In this document: one piece after another, positions 22,900 to 31,335 of the stretch
How the letters are laid out: every line of letters begins with the position of its first letter
Numbering within the stretch: position 1 is the stretch's first letter
Origin: Octopus sinensis
Taxonomy: Eukaryota
Length of the DNA: 31,335 bases
NCBI RefSeq assembly: GCF_006345805.1
Contig: NW_021829679.1
Span: 1 to 31,335, forward strand
Reading direction: 5' to 3'
Made by a program: the position numbers and the translations under genes
The notes under the pieces: generated by a model
Databases searched by the model: none
What the model was told of the DNA's origin: nothing
Seen by the model: the letters and a program-made list of their open reading frames with translations, nothing else

Positions 22900-23410
22900 G
22901 ATGCCATCTTCTTAATATTCACATTTTTTTTTTGTAAACGGTGTAATAATTTAAGAGACTGTCAGTTGGTTTTGTCCAATTAATTACAGCTGTTTATATT
23001 GAATATTTGGCGCTAAAATCGGACAATACAACGAATAGAGTAAACCAGATTCGCAGAGATATAATTATTCAACAGATGTTTCGTACGGAATTTGTATTTA
23101 TTTTTTCCTATACAAACTTGAACAACCCCATAGAGCGTCTGTAATCACGTCAGTCACACAATAAACAAACGTTGTTAAAAGTTAGGGTGATATAGGTACA
23201 TAACAATTAAGTCACAGAGTGTTTTATATGTTTTATATGATGGCGGTTCAGTTACTCATAGTTTTACTTACAGACTTAGAAACATATTTAGATTCAGGCA
23301 TCTGTTCATCGATTTATACATTCATATATGCATATTCATACATGGATAACATTCATTCACACACACACATACATATATTCATATATTTATGTATGTGTAT
23401 ATATCTTAAT

Positions 23411-23701
23411 GGAGGCGCAATGGCCTAGTGGTTAGGGCAGCGGACTCGCGGTCACTGGATCGCGGTTTCGATTCCCATACCGGGCGTTGTGAGTGTTTAT
23501 TGAACGAAAACACCTAAAAGCTCCACGAGGCTCCGGCAGGGGGTGGTGATCCCTACTGTACTCTTTCACCACTCTTTCTTCTGTTGGCCTGCTCGCTTAG
23601 CCAGCGGGGTGGCGTCATTCGAAGGCTAAAACAATGCGAACGCATTGTGACCAGCGATGTGTAACAACATCTGATGGTCTGGTCGGTCACGTGATCACGT
23701 G
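23411..23701 (+). mobile_element. Full-length tRNA-derived SINE, family C (possibly tRNA-Arg-like head)
   Basis: A-box tggcctagtgg, B-box ggtttcgattcc, tail tcacgtga x2; TSD atatatcttaat at 23399-23410 and 23702-23713. Confidence 0.9.
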
Positions 23702-23780
23702 ATATATCTTAATGTTCATAAACACTAACAAAATGTAATGATGTATATGTGTGTGTGTATCTGTGTGTGTCTTTGTGTGT

Positions 23781-24080
23781 GATGGCACATGGCTAATGAG
23801 TTCGATCCTCAGAGCGGGCTGCGTTGTGTTCTTGAGCAAGGCATTTTATTCCACGTTGCTCCAGTTAACTCGGCTGTAGAAATAAGTTGCGACGTCACTG
23901 GTGCCAAGCTGTATCGGCCCCGTTGCCTTTCCCTTGGATAACATCAATGGTGTGGAGAGGAGAGGTTGGCATGCATGGGGGATTGCTGGTCTTCCAGAAA
24001 CAAACTTGCCCGGACTTTCGCCTCTAAGGGTATCCTTCCATGTGCAATTCCATGGTCATTCATGACTGAAAGGGGGTCTT
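23781..24080 (+). mobile_element. SINE family D-like, with internally deleted head
   Basis: gagttcgatcc B-box; gttgtgttcttgagcaaggcattttattccacgttgctccagttaactcggctg central domain (MetaSINE-like, from memory); ends at (TA)n. Confidence 0.7.
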
Positions 24081-24084
24081 TGCC

Positions 24085-24113
<29 letters not shown>

Positions 24114-24115
<2 letters not shown>

Positions 24116-24444
24116 GACAGAATAGTTTGCACGCTGGGTGAAATGCTTAACGGTATTTCGTCTACCGTTACGTTCTGAGTTCAAATTCCGCCTAGGTCGA
24201 CTTTGCCGTTCATTCTTTCGGGGTCGATTAAATAAGTACCAGTTACGCACTGGGGTCGATATAATCGACTTAATTCGTTTGTCTGTCCTTGTTTGTCCCC
24301 TCTGAGTTTATCCCCTTGTGAGTAGTAAAGAAATAGGTATTTCGTCTACCGTTACGTTCTGAGTGCAAATTCCGCCAAGGTCGACTTTGTCTTTCATCTT
24401 TTCGGGGTCGATTAAATAAGTACCAGTGACGCACTCGGATCGAT
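24114..24444 (+). mobile_element. SINE family B dimer
   Basis: One unit ending aaagaaata joined to ggtatttcgtctaccgttacg of a second partial unit. Confidence 0.88.
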
Positions 24445-25014
24445 TACATCGACCCCAGTGTGTAACTGGTACTTATTTAGTTAACTCCTATTTCTAGCAA
24501 CGCTGGTACCGCTTTGTACCCTCTGTCACTTTAGTAACGTCTATAGATTTACCTTTAAGTTTTTAATTTGCTAATAGACCACCCACGTTATATACATACA
24601 TACGAGTATATATATATAGGGAGAGAGAGAGAGAAAGAGAAGGAAAGAAAGAGAGAGAGAGAGAAAGAAGAGAGAGACAGAGATAGAAGCGAACAATATT
24701 GTTAAAATATATATATATATATAAAAACTAAAAGATCAGGAAATTTGAATGGAATAATGTCGAATCTATGCACAGTAAAAATTAAGATATTATTGGATAA
24801 AAAATGAAAATTATTTGAAAATACAATATTTTAAATTGACCGTATTGCCACATTGCCTGAATATAGATATGTTTGGGAAATTTTATTAAATTCACGATAG
24901 CAAGAAAAAGAGAATAAAAAGCAGTTCTATGATCGGCCATTAGTGCTGTGACGTCATCTGAGTCATGTTAGCACATACTTCAAGGATATTGTGTTTGTTA
25001 ATTGAGGAACTGTA

Positions 25015-25192
25015 TGGGGAGAGCAAGTGGGGTGGGTGGGAATGAAGTGATGAACAGAGAGAGAAATAGAGAGAGAAAGAGAGAGCCAGAGAGAAAGGAG
25101 AGAGGTAGGAGAAAAAATGTAATGAGTGTGGTGGAGAGAGAGAGAGAAAGAGGGTGGGGGAGAAAAGAGAGAGAGAGAAAGAGAGAAATAGA

Positions 25193-25224
<32 letters not shown>

Positions 25225-25711
25225 CAGAGACAGAGAGGAGAGAGAGACAAGAAAAAGAAAATGTTAGGAGAGTGGTTTGGTGAGGGGGAAAGAGGGAGAG
25301 AGAACGAGAGATGAAGAAAAGAGAGATAGAAAGAGAGACAGAGGAGAGAGAGAAAGGTAAAAGGAAATGTGAGGAGAGTGGTTGGAGAGGGAGAGAAAGA
25401 TGGACGAGAGATAGAAAGTGAGAGAGAGAGAGAGAGGAAGAGAGAGAGAAAGAGAGAGAAAGAGAGACAGAGAGAGAGAGAAAGAAAAGGTTGGAGGAGA
25501 GAGTAAAATAGGTAGTGGACAGATGAAGAGGAAGGGATAAAATTAATGGAAGAGAGAGTAAGAGATGAAAGATTGAAGGAGAGAGACAGAGAGAGAGAAA
25601 GAAGTGAACGAGGGAGAAATGTGAAGCAGAAGAGCGAGAATAGAGACAGATAGATAGATAGATAAACAGACAGATAGATAGATAGATAGATAGATAGACA
25701 TATATATATAT

Positions 25712-25744
<33 letters not shown>

Positions 25745-25757
25745 CATATATATATAT

Positions 25758-25790
<33 letters not shown>

Positions 25791-25815
25791 GAAGAGAGAG
25801 AGAAAGAGAGACAGA

Positions 25816-25858
<43 letters not shown>

Positions 25859-25990
25859 GGAAGGAGAGAGAGGACAGATAGATAGATAAGTATTGAGAAG
25901 TAGCTAGATATACAGATAGGGGATAATAAATAGACAAGCAGACAGACAGACATACAGACGGCTAGATAGCTAGCTAGCTAGATAGATAGA
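25015..25990. repeat. Purine-rich (GA)n/(GATA)n low-complexity tract
   Basis: Strong purine bias on the plus strand; source of SLSL ORFs. Confidence 0.92.
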
Positions 25991-26559
25991 TAAAGATAGA
26001 AAGAGAGAGAAAGAGAAAATGTGTGTGACAAAGAGAGAGGGAGAGAGAGAGAGAGAGAGCGTGAGATTGAGAGGGGGATATAGAATGAGAGAGAGAGATA
26101 GAGATGGAAAGAGAGAGAGAGATAAAAGCGATGAGCAGTCGATGTGCTTAAACACTAATCTGACGCCATTGATCAAGCTTTTGTATAAAAACTCTCCTCA
26201 ATCTAAACATGTCTTAAATACAGAAACTATTTCTGCTTTATTGAGTATTTTCTCCTTTATTTCCAGTTGTTCTTTGGACGAAATTCTTCCTTATTTATCT
26301 TGTTTATTTCTGATTATTTTTTTTCCTGTCTTCCCTCTCTTTCTCCGCTCTCCAACTAACCATCTTTCGTATTTCTCTTGTAATTCATTAGTCGATAAGC
26401 CGATACACCGGTCTAAAAGTCAATGCGAACTCGCTATCGATTGGTTTGGAACGTGAGAAAAGCACATCAATTAAGTGCATATATCTCTCTCTAGTGGTGC
26501 ACTTATAAAATATTGATCGCAGCTTCTTTCCTTCAGTTTTTGGTTTAGCTTTTCATCAT

Positions 26560-26601
26560 CATTATATATATATGTGTATATATATATATATATATATAAT
26601 A

Positions 26602-26653
<52 letters not shown>

Positions 26654-26800
26654 TATATATATGTGTGTGTGTGTATGTATATATATATATATATATATAT
26701 ATACATACATACATATATGTATATGCACATGTATATATATGCGTGTGTGTATAATTATATATGTATGTATATGTGTATATATATATACATATATGTGTAT
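26560..26800. repeat. (TA)n-rich tract
   Basis: Direct inspection. Confidence 0.95.
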
Positions 26801-27884
26801 GTGCTTATTTTTGGCGTTTTTTTTTTAATATTTTTTCCAATCTGGAACATATGCAGGGAATATATATTCCAATCATAATATAGCTAAACTGTATAAAGTG
26901 GTTGTTTCTTGGTTTTGCTGCTGTATTATTGACTGGAATCTGACAAAGGAATATCAGGACTAAAAGTTTCTTGCACAAAACGAAGGGAAGTATGAATGCA
27001 GCGCTAATGTTAAGTAATATTAAGCGCCATTTTAACATGGGCGTTAAAGAAAATAATATTTAGACGGACAGCGGAAGTGAGTGAGCAGAATTGGTTGAGA
27101 GAAGGAGGGAGAAAGGAGAGAGAGGATGTAGAGAGAGAGAGAGGGAGAGAGATATTAGGGGGTAAGGAAAGGTAGAGAGTGATGTAGGGAGAAGGGCATC
27201 GAAGTACTTTATAACACTTCGTTTTTCCAGTCAATACTTGAGGTTATTCAGGTTTTTGTTTAGCCTCCGAGTCAACCCTGATAGAATAAATCACTTATGG
27301 GGCATATGTGGCGCCAGGCACTTTCTCAATAGCATGTTTAACAAAACAATTATCATGAATACTTTTTGTTGTGCAGCTCGCCTGATAATGAGCCTTGTCT
27401 CATGCCGCCCGCTTCTCGAAAGAAATTGCTTATGCCTGCACCAGTCCATCGTACAAGAGCAACCCATTCGTGACAACACCATCTGTTAATGAAATCCACG
27501 AACTACCATTATAATCTACCGTGCTCTGAAATGTCTTAAAATCGCAATGTTATTTGAGGGAAATTTGGTTGCTTAGTTGGGCTTCTTGTAGGACTTTTGT
27601 CAAGAATTATTACCGAGATCCTTTCCGGATTCCTACACAAAACGGTAACGATTTATATCCAGTAATTTTCGGGTCCCGGTATGATGTTTTCGTAGTCATT
27701 TCAGAAGGTTTTTTTTCTTTTTTGCGATGTGAAGCTGTTCCAGTTATCCTGCAAAGGCTCGCCTAGATAAGATATAAACCAATCATTATCGTTATATCTT
27801 CCTTCCTCGCTACAAAGTTCTGTTAATTTTATTTTTTTTACTCCAGAAAAGATGAATGACTGATTTGAATTCAGTGTAAGGAAC

Positions 27885-27961
27885 GGACTGAACGTAAAGA
27901 CAGACGAAATACCGCTAAGCATTTCACCCGGCGTGCTAACAATTCTGCCAGCTCGCGGCCT
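27885..27961 (-). mobile_element. SINE family B head fragment
   Basis: gaacgtaaagacagacgaaataccgctaagcatttcacccggcgtgctaacaattctgccagctcgcggcctt. Confidence 0.85.
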
Positions 27962-28157
27962 TGTAGCATGAATAACAATGCTAACGGCAACAATAACAAC
28001 TACAACAGCAGAAGAGTAATAAAAATTATTAAACCAAAAATAACATAAACCGTAATAACGAGAGTTAGAATAATATTGAGAAAGAGAACAACAACAACAG
28101 CAATCAGAAACTCTACAATAAAGATTATTGAACTAATAATAACAATCTATAGACATA

Positions 28158-28836
28158 GACATGGCTGTGTGGTAAGAAACTTGCTTCCTAATCACATGGT
28201 TTCACATGGTTTGCGTAGCAACTTTGGTAAGAGTCTTCTACCATAGCCTCGGGCGGACCAATGTTTTGTGAGTAGATTTGGTAGACAGAGGCCGGTCGTA
28301 TATATATATAGTTGGAATGTACAAAAAACAAAAGGCGAAGACATATGTATAAACAACAAGCAGGTGTATTAGTTTAACGTTGGGAATGTGAGAAAGTCTT
28401 TTACGTTTCGAACCTACGTTCTTCAACAGAAAGGAACACGAGAAAATAAACAAAGCGAGAATAAAAAAGCTTTAGTGGCTAGCGGTCGATCACGGCGGCT
28501 GGCTGGACGGAGGTGGTGAAACAGGAGACCTAGGAAGCAGGGGAGATAATAAAGTAGTGGGGATCCCAAAACGAAGGTGCGCGTGCGTATGTTGGGTGTG
28601 TATGAGTGTGCTTCTGTCTAAGCTTGTTCCCCACCAAGGTTCGTCACCCGGTATTGGTGTTTTCGAAGTCTTCCTAACCTAGCGGTTCGGCAAAGGGGAT
28701 CTAATAGAATAAGTACCAGGTTTAAAGACAAAAATAGAATAGCACACGTACTAGAGTCGATTCGTTGGATTAAAATTCCCCAAGGCCGCGCTCCAGCGTG
28801 GCCGCACCCTATTAACTGAAACAAGTACAAGATAAA
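28158..28836 (+). mobile_element. Degenerate SINE family A split by an internal insertion (5' half 28158-28300, 3' half about 28612-28836)
   Basis: atggctgtgtggtaag...tagcctcgggcggacc and agcggttcggcaaa...agaataagtacc...gctccagcgtggccgca...actgaaacaagta. Confidence 0.8.
28318..28600 (-). mobile_element. Probable Penelope-like fragment nested in the SINE's internal microsatellite
   Basis: Follows tatatata; minus-strand TTGAAGAACGTAGGTTCGAAACGTA hammerhead-like motif; orientation inferred from that motif. Confidence 0.5.
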
Positions 28837-29246
28837 TAGCACAAATAATAACAACAACAACAACAACAACAGCAATAAAAACCACAACAAGAATAATAAC
28901 ATCAAGTGATATAACATGATATAAATTCTGCCAACGAGTTGTTATGGAAGTTGAGATAAAATAAATTTCACCTCGACGACAACAAGACTTTACCAAATGC
29001 CGCTGAAAACAAAGAAAACAAAAATGAAATAGGACCTTATTAATCTCTGGAGATTTCTCTAATCTGACAGTGATTTTTCATTAAGTTAAACGAGGTTATT
29101 TTAGTTTAGTAATAAATGACAATTCCCATGATGCTCTTTAAATCAGCGGGAAAAAAAAAGAAAAAGAAAAGAGAAAAAGAAAAGAGAAACAACAAATGAA
29201 CAGGATTTTCAGAAAATTATTTATTCCTGAGTGTTTTATCATATAT

Positions 29247-29248
29247 TA

Positions 29249-29342
<94 letters not shown>

Positions 29343-29430
29343 CATTATTATTACTTTTATTATTATTCGTATTATTATTGTTTGTTGTTGTTGTTATTAT
29401 TATTATTGTTATCATTATTATTATTATCAC
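29247..29430. repeat. (ATT)n microsatellite
   Basis: Direct inspection. Confidence 0.95.
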
Positions 29431-29509
29431 TTTGTTTGGAAGAGGGAAGAGTGTTGATTCCAAGAAATTTGAAATATCTTCAAGAAATCAGTAAACAAAA
29501 TTAATGGAG

Positions 29510-29704
29510 GTATATGTATAGCTATATATATATATATATATAGGTATATGTATATAGATATATACATATATATAGGTATATGTATATGTGTACGTGTAAG
29601 AAGGCATGTATACATATCCGTACACACATAAAAACATAGATACATTTTGAGACACACGCATATGTGTGTGTGTTAATGTATGTATATATGTATATATTAT
29701 CTAT

Positions 29705-29764
<60 letters not shown>

Positions 29765-29930
29765 ACATACAGAGAGAGAGAAGATACATGCATAATGCAT
29801 CCATACATATATAGATCCATTTTCAACACGCACACATAACATACATACATATATATAATATAAATACTATAATATAATATATACATACAACAATATATAT
29901 ATATATATATATATACATACATATATATAT

Positions 29931-29965
<35 letters not shown>

Positions 29966-30080
29966 AATAATATAATAATAATAATAATATAATAATAATA
30001 ATAATAATATATAGGGAGTATATCCAAACTTATATATATTTTATTTAATCTATATATATATATATACATATATTATATAT
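29510..30080. repeat. TA-rich and (AAT)n low-complexity tract
   Basis: Direct inspection. Confidence 0.9.
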
Positions 30081-30464
30081 ATGTATCGATAGATAGATAT
30101 GGGGTGCGCACGTGTGTTGTTTTGTGTTTAGATTATTGGTTTGTGTCCAACTGTGGAAAGGTGGGAAATAAATTAGCTGCTGGAATTAAATTCAATAATC
30201 TGAAAGCAACGGTTTCATACCTAAATTAGGTAGTAATTATTCAACAAAGCAACGCAACAGATATCCCTTACCGATCATGAAGATCAAGAATTTATGCATG
30301 CATAAATGTATGTACATATGCATGCATATATATATATATATGTGTGTGAGTGTGTGTGTGTGTGTTTGTATGTATCTATATATTGTACCTTAAGCGTCGG
30401 GACTTAACTTGGGCACTCGTCTGGCAGTCAGATCTTAGAACCAGCGGAACAATGAGCATATAAC

Positions 30465-31063
30465 TGTTTCTACTTTAGGCACAAGGCCTCAAATTCTGCC
30501 ATATCGACCCCAGCGTTTCACTGGTACTTATTTTATCGACCCCGAAAGGATGAAAGGCAAGGTCGACCTCGGCGAAATTTTAACTCAGAACGTAGCGGCA
30601 GACGAAATACCTATTTCTTTACTACCCACAATGGGCTAAACACAGAGGGGACAAAGAAGGACAGACAAACAGATTAAGTCGCTTATATCGACCCCAGTGC
30701 GTAACTGGTACTTATTTAATCGACCCCGAAAGGATGAAAAGCAAAGTCGACCTCGGTGGAATTTGAACTCAGAAGTGTAACGGCAGACGAAATACCGCTA
30801 AGCATTTCACCCGGCGTGCTAATGATTCTTATTTCTTAATTGCCCACAAGGGGCTAAACTTAGAGGGGACAAACAAGGACAGACAAACGGATTAAGTCGA
30901 TTATATCGACCCCAGTGTGTGACTGGTACTTATTTAATCAACCCCGAAAGGATGAAAAGTAAAGTCGACCTTGGCGGAATTTGAACTCAGAATGTAGCGG
31001 CAGACGAAATACCGCTAAGCATTTCGTCCGGCGCGCTAACGATTCTGCCAGCTCGCCGCCTTC
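30465..31063 (-). mobile_element. SINE family B trimer bounded by a single TSD
   Basis: Three units of atcgacccc...gaaaggatgaaa...gtcgacct...aactcagaa...cggcagacgaaatac; flanks aacaatgagcatataac (30448-30464) and aacaacgagcatataac (31064-31080), 16/17 identical. Confidence 0.92.
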
Positions 31064-31182
31064 AACAACGAGCATATAACATTAAGTTAGAGAGAGTGGC
31101 ATTAACACCACTAGGCGGATAAGCGTTTCATCTGAGATGGCTGGAGCGACGGGCATTGAATTGCCTAAGTCAGGGAGTCAAT

Positions 31183-31281
31183 GTGCCGCATGCTATACGA
31201 GTGCTGCATGATATAGGAGTGCCGCATGGTATAGGAGTGCTGCATGGTGTAGGAGTGTCGCATGGTGTAGGAGTGACGCAT
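31183..31281. repeat. 18-bp minisatellite, 5.5 copies (gtgccgcatggtatagga)
   Basis: Units start at 31183, 31201, 31219, 31237, 31255, 31273. Confidence 0.95.
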
Positions 31282-31335
31282 AATTTACGCTTTTATGATT
31301 AAGAGCCAATCCTTTGAAAAATGTAAATCTTAAAA

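Noticed and set aside
23411-23480. tRNA gene
   Set aside because: A and B boxes are present but there is no acceptor-stem closure; it continues into a SINE body with a TSD. The same applies to the other SINE heads.
31183-31281. CRISPR-like array (also considered for the SINE multimers)
   Set aside because: Units are contiguous with no unique spacers, the context is eukaryotic and there are no cas genes.

Overview
Eukaryotic, AT-rich, repeat-saturated DNA. The SINE types, microsatellite density and LINE/Penelope relics look like an Octopus (coleoid cephalopod) genome; this is recognition from memory, not a database hit. I find no intact protein-coding gene, tRNA, rRNA or CRISPR array, and almost all listed ORFs are microsatellite artefacts. 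The window is probably intronic or intergenic. Supported content: (1) a decayed replication-dependent histone H3 copy (22208-22834) with a degenerate 3' stem-loop and downstream element, interrupted by an antisense SINE with a 16-bp target-site duplication; (2) many tRNA-derived SINE copies from about four families, some nested or in inverted pairs; (3) relics of R4/Dong-type, CR1/L2-type and Penelope-like retroelements and of a Tc1/mariner transposon. Best leads: a near-perfect minimal type-I hammerhead ribozyme fold (9962-10009, minus strand) plus three weaker hammerhead-like cores, apparent SINE-into-SINE self-targeting, an inverted SINE pair that could form an ADAR substrate, and a candidate recursive splice site with a stop-containing mini-exon. 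All translations, folds and family assignments were done by eye; element boundaries are approximate unless a TSD is given.
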